A stretch of 59,958 bases of DNA, the filler included, from an uncultured bacterium (lineage in GTDB: Bacteria; Hinthialibacterota; Hinthialibacteria; Hinthialibacterales; Hinthialibacteraceae), in the NCBI GenBank assembly GCA_964449065.1. It is 7 parts of 7 records of this genome, joined end to end, with 100 filler letters (N's around TTAATTAATTAA, not from the genome) between each part and the next. Parts side by side here need not be neighbours in the genome. Positions count along the whole stretch, not along the records: positions 8,871 to 17,410 come from CAYVAZ010000216.1; positions 17,511 to 26,037 come from CAYVAZ010000217.1; 5 more parts are not named here. One strand, 5' to 3'. Both the position numbers and the translations under genes were made by a program. Under the pieces are notes generated by a model that saw only the letters and a program-made list of their open reading frames with translations, made no database searches and was not told the DNA's origin. Numbering within the stretch: position 1 is the stretch's first letter; each line of letters begins with the position of its first letter. Shown here in pieces: positions 9,604-19,797 of this stretch.

Positions 9604-11832
9604 ATGCAAGAGAAACCGTTTTATGCCGACATCGCGTTTCCAATCCCTGCCCGTCAGGAATTTACGTACCGGATCCCGAATGATTTGATGGATCTCACCC
9701 ATCCGGGCTGCCGCGTTTACGCACCGTTTGGAAACCGGGAAGCATTGGGGTATGTCTCCCGGATACACCAAGACGAACCAACGCATATCCGTCATGTGAA
9801 ACCCATTTTGCGGGTGATCGATTCAGAGCCGCTGTTCGGCACGGAACTGTTCTCATTTCTGCGCTGGGTTGCGGATTACTATCTGGTGTCATTGGGTGAG
9901 ACCTGTTCCGCTGCTTATCCATTCTCTCCCAGTGTCAAACCGCGTATGGTTAAGGTTGTGATTTTGGACGATCAAATTCAGCAAAGCGGTAAAGTTCCGG
10001 CAGAGGTCAACCGGGAAAACCAGCGTAGTGTGTTGGAGTATTTGATCAACCGCAAAGCCCTGCTATCCCCATCCGATATTGTGCGCGAAGTGGGTGTGTC
10101 TCCCTCCACCATCAAAACGCTGGAGAAAAACGGCCTGGTAAAAATCGGTTCGATGGAATCCTTGCGCAATGTGAGAATCAATTTTTCTGAGACGTCCGCC
10201 GAAACGTTACGCCTAACGGATGAACAGCAATCCGCTTTGGAAACGATCGAACAATCCTTGCGGGAGAAAAATCCCAAACCGGTGCTGATCCAAGGCGTTA
10301 CAGGATCCGGCAAAACCGAAGTGTATCTCTGCACGATTGAAAAGGCGCTGGAACAAGGCAAAAGCGCTTTGGTAATGATTCCAGAAATTTCCCTGACCCC
10401 CCAAACCATGAACCGCTTCCGTTCGCGCTTTGGGGATGAGGTCGGCATCCTTCATAGCGGGTTGGGGCAGGGGGAACGCTTTGACGAATGGCGTATGGCG
10501 AAGCAGGGCAAACGAAGGATTATTGTCGGGACACGGTCAGCGGTGTTTGCTCCATTGCAAAATCCTGGAATCATAATCGTGGATGAAGAGCATGAGAGTT
10601 CGTATAAGCAGTTTGACCCGAATCCGCGTTATCACGCCCGCGATTTAGCGGTCACACGAGCGAGTTTATGCGGGGCGTTGTGTATTTTGGGATCCGCGAC
10701 ACCGTCGGTGGAATCCACCTACAATGCGCGGAACCGGAAATACCGCAGTGTATTGATGACCAAGCGGGTGGCAGTGCATGGCATGCCGAATCTCAACTTG
10801 ATCGACATGCGCGGCCGCACGGAAGAAGAAGAAATCCTCTCAGCCGAACTGAAAGAAGCGCTGTGGGATTGTTTTGACAAGAAACAGCAGGCTATTTTAT
10901 TTTTAAACCGCCGGGGATACTCGACCAGCGTGATGTGCAAACACTGCGGTTACATTATGTCCTGCGATCATTGCAGTGTGCCGCTGGTGTTTCACCAAAC
11001 CCGCATGATGATGCTTTGCCACCATTGCGAGTTTAAAATTGCCCTGCCGGAATATTGCCCTTCATGCAGTGAAAAGATGATTCAACACCGCGGTTTCGGC
11101 ACGGAGAAAGTCGTGGAAGAAGTTGAAAATTTAATCCCCGCTGTTCGGGTTCTCCGCTTAGACCGGGATGTGACTGCCCGCAAAGGAGAGCATGACCGGC
11201 TGCTCAACTTGTTCAAAAAGATGGAAGCGGATGTGTTAGTTGGCACACAAATGATCGCGAAGGGACTCGATTTTCCATCGGTTTCCGTGGTGGGGGTCAT
11301 CAATGCGGATAACGCGCTATCTCTGCCCGATTTTCGTGCCGCGGAACGTACATTCACGCAGTTGACACAGGTCGCCGGAAGAGCAGGCCGGGGGGATTTT
11401 CCCGGCAATGTGTTTATTCAAAGCTACTGCCCGGATCACTACAGCGTCCAGTTAGCGCTCCAGCAGGAATACGATCCGTTTTATGAACGAGAAATCAAAT
11501 ACCGCAAGTTAATTGGTTTTCCACCCTTCTCACGCTTGGTATTGTGGCGGATAGAAGGCGTAAACGAAGCCGAAGCACGGGGACGCGCATGGGAGTTGTA
11601 CCATATCCTTACAGATGGCCTCAAGTATGAGACGGAGGTGACGATCTTACCCCCGGTTGAAGCCCCGCTATACCGCCTTCGCGACCATTACCGCTGGCAG
11701 GTAGCGTTAAAGAGTAAAGATCACAAGGCGTTTCGCCCGCTTCTAAAAAGCGACCCTTTGCAAAAGCTTTTGGGGCAGCGCCGCCAAGGGCTGCGAATCA
11801 TCCAAGATGTTGACCCCTGGGATATGCTATAG
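9604..11832 (+). CDS. priA: primosomal protein N' helicase
   Basis: GVTGSGKTEVY, PEISLTPQ, DEEHE, LNRRGY, two Cys pairs x2, GTQMIAKGLDF, QVAGRAGR. Confidence 0.98.
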   Translation: MQEKPFYADIAFPIPARQEFTYRIPNDLMDLTHPGCRVYAPFGNREALGYVSRIHQDEPTHIRHVKPILRVIDSEPLFGTELFSFLRWVADYYLVSLGETCSAAYPFSPSVKPRMVKVVILDDQIQQSGKVPAEVNRENQRSVLEYLINRKALLSPSDIVREVGVSPSTIKTLEKNGLVKIGSMESLRNVRINFSETSAETLRLTDEQQSALETIEQSLREKNPKPVLIQGVTGSGKTEVYLCTIEKALEQGKSALVMIPEISLTPQTMNRFRSRFGDEVGILHSGLGQGERFDEWRMAKQGKRRIIVGTRSAVFAPLQNPGIIIVDEEHESSYKQFDPNPRYHARDLAVTRASLCGALCILGSATPSVESTYNARNRKYRSVLMTKRVAVHGMPNLNLIDMRGRTEEEEILSAELKEALWDCFDKKQQAILFLNRRGYSTSVMCKHCGYIMSCDHCSVPLVFHQTRMMMLCHHCEFKIALPEYCPSCSEKMIQHRGFGTEKVVEEVENLIPAVRVLRLDRDVTARKGEHDRLLNLFKKMEADVLVGTQMIAKGLDFPSVSVVGVINADNALSLPDFRAAERTFTQLTQVAGRAGRGDFPGNVFIQSYCPDHYSVQLALQQEYDPFYEREIKYRKLIGFPPFSRLVLWRIEGVNEAEARGRAWELYHILTDGLKYETEVTILPPVEAPLYRLRDHYRWQVALKSKDHKAFRPLLKSDPLQKLLGQRRQGLRIIQDVDPWDML

Positions 11833-11964
11833 CCGAGACCTTGCGTTTGAATGATAGCAATAGCCGAAAATGCTTTGATGCAATCAAGCGGTGCTTGCGG
11901 CCCGGTGGGAGTTTTGTCCTTCCAAGGTTTCGCTTTGTGAGTGGTGGGATGTGTTGATTCTTGA

Positions 11965-12041
11965 ATCCCCCCTACCCCCCTTAATAAGGGGGGGGCAACA
12001 ACGGCGGGTGCTTTTGGCTTGGCGGGAGTTTCGCCCTCCCA
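11965..12041. repeat. CCCCTT/AAGGGG palindrome plus GGCTTGGCGGGAGTTTCGCCCTCCC REP-like unit
   Basis: Near-identical to 8871-8925; related REP at 13530-13553. Confidence 0.75.
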
Positions 12042-12152
12042 AACGAACATAAAGTAGATCACAGTTCTAAATACACTATTGTGAAGAAATCATAAAATCA
12101 GAAGATGAAGAGAGGGATTTTATTTGTGAAAATTCGGGTTTATTGGCGGTTC

Positions 12153-13166
12153 CTATTTTGCCAAGGATTGCAGCGCCGGTACTGGAATTGTAAATCGTCT
12201 AATTTCATGCGTTTCTAATGGAGTAGCGACTTCCGCATACACCCATATTTCATCATCTACAATCATCCAATGTGAGTAGCGCCAAGTAAAAAAGTGCTTG
12301 CTGGGGGTGCTGCTTTTTACCAACGGCTTATCTTTGGTGATATCGATGATGTTGTGTAGATCAAAGGTATAGCCTAATCCGGTCACGATATTATAAACCG
12401 GGTCGTACCATTTCACGTTAGAGCCTTCATAAAAGAAAAGATAGCCAATACCAAGCGGGATCACACCCGCCGGACGTACATAAAAGTCATGCCATCCGGT
12501 TAGTTTCATTATCGGCTCATAGGGGCTGCCGACCGGTTCCCATGTCTCACCGTCTTCGCTGGCAAAGTGAAACAAGCGTTCAATTCGCCGCATCACGCCG
12601 ATGACATAGCAGTGATACTTTCCATCCGCGTATATTATGAATGGATCTTTATACTCATTCGGCAAGACATCCCGTGGATAGTTCTTTTCCAAGGCTTGAA
12701 TCACCGGTTTAGCTGTAGATGGATCAAACTGTGAAGGATCATCCACGTCGTCAAACTTTATGATCGCCCAGGCTCCATCCCAGGGACCGCAGGCATAAAG
12801 TTTGAATTTTCCGGTATGGGGATCAATCAACAAAGCCGGGCGTTCAAATCCGGGGATGGGGACATCCTCCCGCTTGATCTTATGAACCCGTTCAAAATCA
12901 ACACCGTTATCGCTGCGTAAGATTTGCAGCTCATAGCCGCGCAGTCCGCGCGGCAGGTCAGCGGAGCGCATGCGGCATGCCAGCCAGAATACCCCTTCTT
13001 GATCGCGCACGACACTTGGAGCTCCGGCCCACCATTCGGGTTTTTCTTGTTCCGGTTTCAGGATTACATCGTATGTTTGGAAACGTTCTTGCAGGAGTGG
13101 TTCCAAATCGTATGAATGAACCGGTAGTGAAACCCATATCATAATCATCAATATGATCAATCGCAT
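12153..13166 (-). CDS. secreted five-bladed beta-propeller glycoside-hydrolase-like protein
   Basis: Signal peptide; WAGAPS, FERPAL, YKDPFI blade motifs as in GH43/32/130-like propellers. Confidence 0.55.
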   Translation of the reverse strand: MRLIILMIMIWVSLPVHSYDLEPLLQERFQTYDVILKPEQEKPEWWAGAPSVVRDQEGVFWLACRMRSADLPRGLRGYELQILRSDNGVDFERVHKIKREDVPIPGFERPALLIDPHTGKFKLYACGPWDGAWAIIKFDDVDDPSQFDPSTAKPVIQALEKNYPRDVLPNEYKDPFIIYADGKYHCYVIGVMRRIERLFHFASEDGETWEPVGSPYEPIMKLTGWHDFYVRPAGVIPLGIGYLFFYEGSNVKWYDPVYNIVTGLGYTFDLHNIIDITKDKPLVKSSTPSKHFFTWRYSHWMIVDDEIWVYAEVATPLETHEIRRFTIPVPALQSLAK

Positions 13167-13261
13167 GATAGTCCTCAAAAATTAGACGTTTTCATCTAAA
13201 ACATGTTTGAGAAAGATAGATGTTTTAATCAATGGTATCAACCCCATCCTACTCTACGAAA

Positions 13262-13732
13262 TACCGGCTGGAAGCCGATGCTACCCGGTTATTATGATAC
13301 ATGGCCTCACCCCCTCTGTCCTCCTTGCGTCGGACATCTCCCCCAAAGGATTTGGGGGAGACAATATCTTCGGGGGAAGACAATGGCTTTTGCAGGCTGG
13401 AAGCCTGCACCACATTTTTCAACCGCGAATGAACGCGAATTCACGCGAATAACGACGGGGGTATTTCCAGGTCTTAGAGTTTTATACCGGTTTTGTTTCG
13501 GATTATCGGGGAAGGATAGCGTGCTGCTAACTCGGCGGGAGCCTCTCCCTCCCAGATGTTTCGATGGGGCGGATCGTTGCGACCCATCCTACGGGCATTT
13601 GGCTCGGCGGGAGCTGTCCCGCTTGGGCGGATGGTGGGCTACGCTTCGCTTTGAATCCACAATACAGGTTTCATCACTAATGTAAAAATTCTTGGCTGGT
13701 TCATAATGAACTTTTCTATTTGCAATTGGTAT
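13262..13732. repeat. composite repeat block of several REP-like palindromes ending in an ATACCA-type terminal repeat
   Basis: ~13308-13512 is similar to ~34372-34574 and partly to inverted 53428-53512; 13707-13732 matches the left end of the 53366 element. Confidence 0.75.
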
Positions 13733-13777
13733 TATTCTGTTTTGCGTGTCTTTTGCAGAGATGGAAATTTTGGAGTT

Positions 13778-15283
13778 CTACGTATAACTGATGATTCCCC
13801 TGACAAACACGGGATTTGAGAACGCCAGCAGTTCGTCATGGGGGCGGCCGTAGCGGTATAATTCCACGCGGTACCATTGGACTTTTGGTTCGGCGTAGTC
13901 GGTAAACTTCATTTGCACGGGATCTTTCTTTGCCATGAGGGGCATTTCGCAAAAGGGTCCGTCATTGGTGATAATGCGGAAGAAGCAGCGGTCCCCTGCC
14001 CCGGTTATATCCAAGCGCAGCGTGAAGACCGAGGTATCCGGAATCTGCAGTTCATCTCCGGTCAGCACGCCGCCGTATTCTGATTCCACCCAAAAATCAA
14101 TACCCGGTTCCACTGTGCTGTAGCATAATCCCCGTTTAATGGCATTGAGCAAGTCGCCTTCGCTTTTACCGGAAGCGTTCACCAAAAGTTTCGGCAGCGC
14201 TTCAACATTTTTTTCTGTGGCCTCAATTTCGGTGCCTTTCCCACATACTCCCATCACGCGGATATCGCTATTTAAAAGGGTATCCCACAGGCGGAACGCT
14301 TTGGTAATTTCCGGGAACCGTTCGTTCCAAAAGCCTTCCCAAACTTGCAGCATATCGACATGCTCCCAAGGTATGTTGTTTGATTGCGTGTTCAATTCCT
14401 GCACACAATATGGGTTAAGTTTCACAATCAATCCTCCCTGCGCATGTACATCATAGAACAGTTCGGGCAGCGGGATGGCCGATTCATTTTGAATCCAATG
14501 AAGGTATTGGTTGACACCCAAAGCGTTAAACCATCCCTGGGGTGTAGGAATGATTTGCCCGCGGATCATGCTCAACTGCGGTTGTTCCGGTAAGGCGGAG
14601 AGCGGCTGCATATCCAGATCCGACAGGGCCAGAAAAGAATAGCCGAAATTCTGATAGGCTTGTACTGTTTCCTGCACACTCCTGTTTCCATTGCTGCGGG
14701 TGGTTCTTTCCAAAAGTTCACCGGCAAACCAGTGGGCGTCCGATTCCGGCGCGGCAATCTGGCAGGATAGGTCGAAGGGGATGATATCGGTTGGGGTATC
14801 CGGTTCTTCACTTCCTTCCACCTCGACTTCAATTAGCGGATTCAACAAATGGGGTGAAAAAACAACGATGACAAAGCGCCAAATCCCGTCTGGAAAAGGC
14901 CCGCCGACAAATCCTTCATCCGCAGAAAACTCTCGCACTTCCTTCCAGCCGGAAAAGGATGCATCCCAGCGGCCGCGGAAGGATTGATCCGCGTCAAACA
15001 GCTGAACCGCCCAGCCGGATTGCGGCAGTTTTTCGATTTGTTCACGAAGACGGGCTTCCATGGGTACCCGGATTGAAGAGTCGATATTCGTTTGTTCGAA
15101 GTAGCGGTTTAAATAGGTTTGATGAAAATTCGGTTCAAGAAACGGTTCCTTTGGATGGAGGCGGCATTGCAGGCGTAAACGCTTTGTGGACTGAGATACC
15201 TCAACTGACCCACTCAAAACACCGGGGATTTGTCGCGGTTTCAGTTGGTACGTTTGTTTGAGTAAAGGGATCCAAGGGGACAT
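13778..15283 (-). CDS. CehA/McbA-family PHP-like metallohydrolase, degenerate active site
   Basis: WFAGELLERTTRSNG and ALSDLD align to W..GDLH.H...SDG and A.TDHN; C-terminal WYRVE...AFSNPVFV. Confidence 0.65.
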   Translation of the reverse strand: MSPWIPLLKQTYQLKPRQIPGVLSGSVEVSQSTKRLRLQCRLHPKEPFLEPNFHQTYLNRYFEQTNIDSSIRVPMEARLREQIEKLPQSGWAVQLFDADQSFRGRWDASFSGWKEVREFSADEGFVGGPFPDGIWRFVIVVFSPHLLNPLIEVEVEGSEEPDTPTDIIPFDLSCQIAAPESDAHWFAGELLERTTRSNGNRSVQETVQAYQNFGYSFLALSDLDMQPLSALPEQPQLSMIRGQIIPTPQGWFNALGVNQYLHWIQNESAIPLPELFYDVHAQGGLIVKLNPYCVQELNTQSNNIPWEHVDMLQVWEGFWNERFPEITKAFRLWDTLLNSDIRVMGVCGKGTEIEATEKNVEALPKLLVNASGKSEGDLLNAIKRGLCYSTVEPGIDFWVESEYGGVLTGDELQIPDTSVFTLRLDITGAGDRCFFRIITNDGPFCEMPLMAKKDPVQMKFTDYAEPKVQWYRVELYRYGRPHDELLAFSNPVFVRGIISYT

Positions 15284-15472
15284 AAAATCGGTCAAGTTTA
15301 GTAACGAATCGGAAATTTTTATTCAAATATGCTGACAGTTCAGCTCATCTTGTGATATCTATATCTTTATACGGGCTCGATGCTATAATGAAAGCGTAGG
15401 TGAATTCAAGAAAAAATCAAAGTCTGTCAAGGAAGATTCTGAGAAAGAAATCCAGAAGAACAGTGAGTTGGG

Positions 15473-16078
15473 ATGGTTCAACAAGATCAAACAGACGCTG
15501 CGTTAATCAAGCAGGTTATTTCTGGAAAGCAAGAGTGTTACCGTCCGCTGGTGGATAAGTACCAGAATAGGGTATATCACTTGGCTATCAGTATGCTTCA
15601 TCACACCGCCGAAGCGCAGGATATCACGCAGGAGGCATTCTTGACAGCCTATAAAAATATTCGCCGGCTGCACAATCATGCCAAATTCGGCTCGTGGTTG
15701 TATGGCATCACCCGAAACTTATGCATGGAAGCGCTGCGGAAGCGGAAACTGGAACCGGAATATGTTGGTACGGATTTCGTAGAGATAGCGGATCGAGAGT
15801 TGGAAACGGAACCAAAAGTATCCGCGCTGAATGGAACCGACATCACGGAGTTGTTGATCGGGAAGCTGAAGCAGATGCCGGAGAAGTATCAAACCTTGCT
15901 GCGGTTAAAGTATTTGCAGGATTATTCATACCAACAGATTGCGGATATGTTGGATATGCCGGTCGATTTGGTACGATCCAGATTATTTGAAGGCAGAAAA
16001 TTGTTACGCGATGAAGTTACCACGGAAATACACGACGATGAACGATACCACGACGCAAGGGATTCTAAATATGCCTAG
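15473..16078 (+). CDS. ECF RNA polymerase sigma factor
   Basis: AQDITQEAFL, FGSWLYGITRN (region 2); SYQQIADML...VRSRLFEGR (region 4). Confidence 0.95.
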   Translation: MVQQDQTDAALIKQVISGKQECYRPLVDKYQNRVYHLAISMLHHTAEAQDITQEAFLTAYKNIRRLHNHAKFGSWLYGITRNLCMEALRKRKLEPEYVGTDFVEIADRELETEPKVSALNGTDITELLIGKLKQMPEKYQTLLRLKYLQDYSYQQIADMLDMPVDLVRSRLFEGRKLLRDEVTTEIHDDERYHDARDSKYA

Positions 16079-17075
16079 TCACGGCTGCACACAAGAGTGG
16101 ATGCAGGAAATTGTGCTTTTGATTGATAACGAGTTGCCTGAGAACCGCCGTCAGGCAACCGAATCGCACATTGCGCAATGCCGTGCCTGCCAAGTCTATT
16201 ACCATAGCGCGTTGCGTGAAGAACGGCTGTTGGCCGGACAAGTGCAGCACGATTGCAATCCATTGCCGCCAGCGTTCGCCAATCAAATCATGGCGGAAGT
16301 GGACCGCCATGCGGTGCCTTCGTATCTGCAAATCTCATTCAATCATATGTATAATGTCTATGAATACCTAAAAGGCGAAGGCAAATGGCATGCGGCGGTA
16401 GCTGTATCTATTTTCGTTTGCTTTATTGCGACCTATATGTCGTTTCAAGTGAGAAATCCCGCCGATATTTACCGCGTTCCCATGTTGAAAAACGGGGAAC
16501 CCTATACGGCTATTTTGCCCGAACGGTTTCATGTCAACTCCAACAAGGGCGAGTTTTTCTATTTTCCGGTGGATGGGAGCGTGGTGTATGCCACATCGGG
16601 AACGAGCTTTGTGTTGTCTGATTACCCTAAGAATATTGCAAACGCGCCAATAGACGCGGAACGCCGGTTGGAACTGCAATACGGTGACTTGTTTCTGGAT
16701 GTCGCCAAAGCCGATCAGGGATTTACCGTCATTACATTAAACGCCGAAACCAAGGTGTGGGGAACCCAATTTTTGGTATCCGCTTCTAAAGGGAAAAACA
16801 AACACACCAGAGTGGCTGTATACGAAGGCAGTGTGATGGTGGAAAAACGCAATCATCATGGTTATACGGTTCTCTCCGACAATCTTATGACTCAAATCAG
16901 CGGAATAGCGAATTCAATTACCATGCTTCCGCCGCGGGAAATGGGTGCAAAATTGAAGGCGCATTTCCGCGTGTTCGATAACGCCATAGACAAAAAAACC
17001 TACCAAGTCCCTCAGAATGGAATTCCGTCTATTCAGCTTGATTCTCCGTTGGACGTATCTGTATTACTGGATTGA
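16038..17075 (+). CDS. anti-sigma factor (zf-HC2 + TM + FecR-like domain)
   Basis: HIAQCRAC zinc motif, one TM helix, L..G......V...GF.V.T..AETKVWGTQF.V...VAVYEGSV FecR pattern; overlaps the sigma gene. Confidence 0.85.
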   Translation: MNDTTTQGILNMPSHGCTQEWMQEIVLLIDNELPENRRQATESHIAQCRACQVYYHSALREERLLAGQVQHDCNPLPPAFANQIMAEVDRHAVPSYLQISFNHMYNVYEYLKGEGKWHAAVAVSIFVCFIATYMSFQVRNPADIYRVPMLKNGEPYTAILPERFHVNSNKGEFFYFPVDGSVVYATSGTSFVLSDYPKNIANAPIDAERRLELQYGDLFLDVAKADQGFTVITLNAETKVWGTQFLVSASKGKNKHTRVAVYEGSVMVEKRNHHGYTVLSDNLMTQISGIANSITMLPPREMGAKLKAHFRVFDNAIDKKTYQVPQNGIPSIQLDSPLDVSVLLD

Positions 17076-17358
17076 TATCAAGTTGTTCATCAACCATCGA
17101 TTGATAGGTGTCGATCCCCCCTTTATAAAGGCTAAGGTTTACTCAAAAATTCAGTAAAGCATTTGTTAACGATCTGTTCGTTGTGGGTAGCACCGGCTTC
17201 TAGCCGGTTCGTTAACCCCAACAACGCAAAATCTCCCGACTCCACCCTCTTATGCAAGGGGGTTGTGGCACTGCGCTTACACTTGTGAATGAGTGATCCT
17301 ACTTATACCAAGTTGTAAAAAGAATGTGAGTTATGATGCCTTTTATTTTGAATGGATA

Positions 17359-17410
17359 ATACCATTTCCAATTTGGATTGTTCACGAAAATCAAAACGGC
17401 TTAACAGATT
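17359..17410. mobile_element. ATACCA-type MITE end truncated by contig end
   Basis: ATACCATTTCCAATTTGGATTGTTCAC...AAAACGGCTTAACAGATT matches 34249 onward and inverted 53584-53634. Confidence 0.75.
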
Positions 17411-17510
17411 NNNNNNNNNNNNNNNNNNNNNNNNNNNNNNNNNNNNNNNNNNNNTTAATTAATTAANNNNNNNNNNNNNNNNNNNNNNNNNNNNNNNNNN
17501 NNNNNNNNNN

Positions 17511-17565
17511 TAACCCCTCCCACCTTTGGGAGGGGAAATTTCTCTTCAAGCGGCTGACCTATTAC
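17511..17565. repeat. CCCCTCCC..GGGAGGGG palindromic repeat
   Basis: Identical to 57897-57951. Confidence 0.8.
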
Positions 17566-17715
17566 GTCAAAGGAACATCATTTTCCTTTGACAATTTAAT
17601 GAAATAATTCGCTATTGCTAAAGATCTATGTGCCATGATCTAAACCATAAAATGAACATATGTACAATAATTTTAACAAAAAGTATCGAAAAGATTAAGT
17701 GAAAAATCATGAAAA

Positions 17716-18273
17716 CTAGAAATTCATAATCTCGTTTTCTTTTTCCTTCAGCAGGTCATCGATTTTGTTGGAGTATTTGTCGGTGATTTTTTGCACTTCA
17801 TCCTGCAATGCCTTGGATTCATCCTCAGAGAAAGTGCCTTCTTTTTGAGCCTTCTTAAGAGACTCGATGGAATCGCGGCGGTGGTGGCGAATGCTGACCT
17901 TGCCGTCTTCGCCGATTTTCTTCGTCATTTTTACAATCTCTTTACGGCGGTCTTCAGTCAATGGTGGGAAATTCAAACGGATAAGTTTGCCGTCGTTGTT
18001 CGGATTCACTCCCAATTCGGATTTTTGGATGGCCTTTTCAATTTCACCCATAAGGCTTTTGTCCCATGGCTGCACAACCATCAAGCGGGCTTCGGGCACA
18101 CTGACATTTGCCAATTGGCGCAAGGGTGTCGGTGTTCCATAAGCATCAACCATGATGCCATCCAGCAACGCGGGCGTGGCGCGACCGGTGCGGATTTGCG
18201 AAAGCTCTCGTTGGGTAGCCTCCAATGATTGCTGCATTTCTGTTTCGGCATCGTTTAAAAACTGGTTCGACAT
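17716..18273 (-). CDS. frr: ribosome recycling factor
   Basis: IRTGRATPALLD, YGTPTPL.QLA, PPLTEDRRKE; downstream of pyrH. Confidence 0.98.
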   Translation of the reverse strand: MSNQFLNDAETEMQQSLEATQRELSQIRTGRATPALLDGIMVDAYGTPTPLRQLANVSVPEARLMVVQPWDKSLMGEIEKAIQKSELGVNPNNDGKLIRLNFPPLTEDRRKEIVKMTKKIGEDGKVSIRHHRRDSIESLKKAQKEGTFSEDESKALQDEVQKITDKYSNKIDDLLKEKENEIMNF

Positions 18274-18289
18274 GGTTCTTTATCCTAAT

Positions 18290-19015
18290 CTAATCTGCTT
18301 TTACGGTGGTTCCAACCGGTTCACCCAGAAGGGCTTTGGTAATGGCTCCGGGTTTGGTCATATCAAACACCACGATGGGCAATTTGTTTTCCCGGCATAA
18401 CGAGATCGCGGTGCCGTCCATCACCCGTAAGTCGTTGCTTAGCACATCTTTATATGATAATTCAGTATAACGGGTTGCAGTAGGGTCGGTAACCGGATCA
18501 GCGGAATAAACGCCGTCAACTTTGGTCGCTTTATACAGCGCGTCGGCTTCAATTTCAATCGCGCGTAAAGCCGCGGCGGTATCGGTGGTGAAGTAGGGAT
18601 TGCCTGTGCCGCCGGCAAAGATGACCACCCGGCCTTTTTCAATATGCCGTACCGCGCGGCGGCGGATGTACGGTTCGGCCAGTTCATCCATCCGGATGGC
18701 GGACTGCACGCGGGTAAAGACCCCGGCCTGTTCCAAGGAGCCTTGAAAAGCAAGCGCGTTGATGACGGTAGCCAGCATTCCCATGTAGTGGGCGGTAGGT
18801 TCTTCGATAAACTGACCGGCGGCGTTGGACCCCCGCCAGATGTTGCCGCCGCCGACCACAATGGAGATTTCAACTCCCTGACGGACAGCGGTTGCGACTT
18901 GTTGCGAAACTTCTTCCAGGGTAGGGAAACTAATGCCATGCCCTTGATCCCCGGAAAGGGCTTCTCCGCTGATTTTCAGCAGGACACGGCGGCGTTTTTC
19001 ATCTCCGTCACTCAT
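18290..19015 (-). CDS. pyrH: UMP kinase
   Basis: [38 protein letters not shown]. Confidence 0.98.
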   Translation of the reverse strand: MSDGDEKRRRVLLKISGEALSGDQGHGISFPTLEEVSQQVATAVRQGVEISIVVGGGNIWRGSNAAGQFIEEPTAHYMGMLATVINALAFQGSLEQAGVFTRVQSAIRMDELAEPYIRRRAVRHIEKGRVVIFAGGTGNPYFTTDTAAALRAIEIEADALYKATKVDGVYSADPVTDPTATRYTELSYKDVLSNDLRVMDGTAISLCRENKLPIVVFDMTKPGAITKALLGEPVGTTVKAD

Positions 19016-19082
19016 ACCAATATCATCCCCTCAAAATTACACAACAAACATCAGGACACACAAACCACCTTCAACCAGCAAC

Positions 19083-19709
19083 TTATGCTGTCGTGGTCTT
19101 TTCCTGTCCGGTTTCTTCGCCCAATTGATAACGGGTAAAGCGGCGGATTTGCATGTTTTCGCCGGTCTTGGAAATAACTTCTTTCATGTATTCTTCGACG
19201 GTTTGGTTCATCTCTTTGATGAAGGGCTGCTCGAGTAGACAAATTTGCCCGTAGAATTTTTCAAGACGGCCTTTGACCATCTGCTCCACGACTTGTTCAG
19301 GTTTTCCCGAGTCTTTTGCTTGATTGACCAGAATTTCACGCTCGGCCTCAACCGCGGATTTGGGCACCTCTTCGCGGGAAATATAGAGCGGATTGGAGGC
19401 GGCGATGTGCATCGCTATGTCTTTCGCGAATTCCAAAAACTGCTCGTTGCGGGCGACAAAATCCGTTTCGCAGTTGATTTCCACCAACACACCGATCTTG
19501 TTTCCGGGGTGAATGTAGGAATACACCGCGCCTTCGGATGTGGCGCGTCCGCTGCGTTTGGATGCGTCGGCAATGCCTTTTTCCCGCAGATATTTTGCTG
19601 CTGCTTCTATATCGCCTTTGCATTCAACGAGCGCTTTTTTGCACTCCATCATGGCGGTTCCGGTTTTTTCGCGTAATTCTTTTACAAGTGCTGCGCTGAT
19701 ATCAGCCAT
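19083..19709 (-). CDS. tsf: elongation factor Ts (short form)
   Basis: VKELREKTG..MMECKKAL, EINCETDFVA. Confidence 0.98.
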   Translation of the reverse strand: MADISAALVKELREKTGTAMMECKKALVECKGDIEAAAKYLREKGIADASKRSGRATSEGAVYSYIHPGNKIGVLVEINCETDFVARNEQFLEFAKDIAMHIAASNPLYISREEVPKSAVEAEREILVNQAKDSGKPEQVVEQMVKGRLEKFYGQICLLEQPFIKEMNQTVEEYMKEVISKTGENMQIRRFTRYQLGEETGQEKTTTA

Positions 19710-19797
19710 TGGTATCCCCCGTGGTTCGGAATCATGCATACAAGGTCAGGCATGCAATGGTATGAAATTGTAATTGAAGTTTAAAAAACACGAAGCC

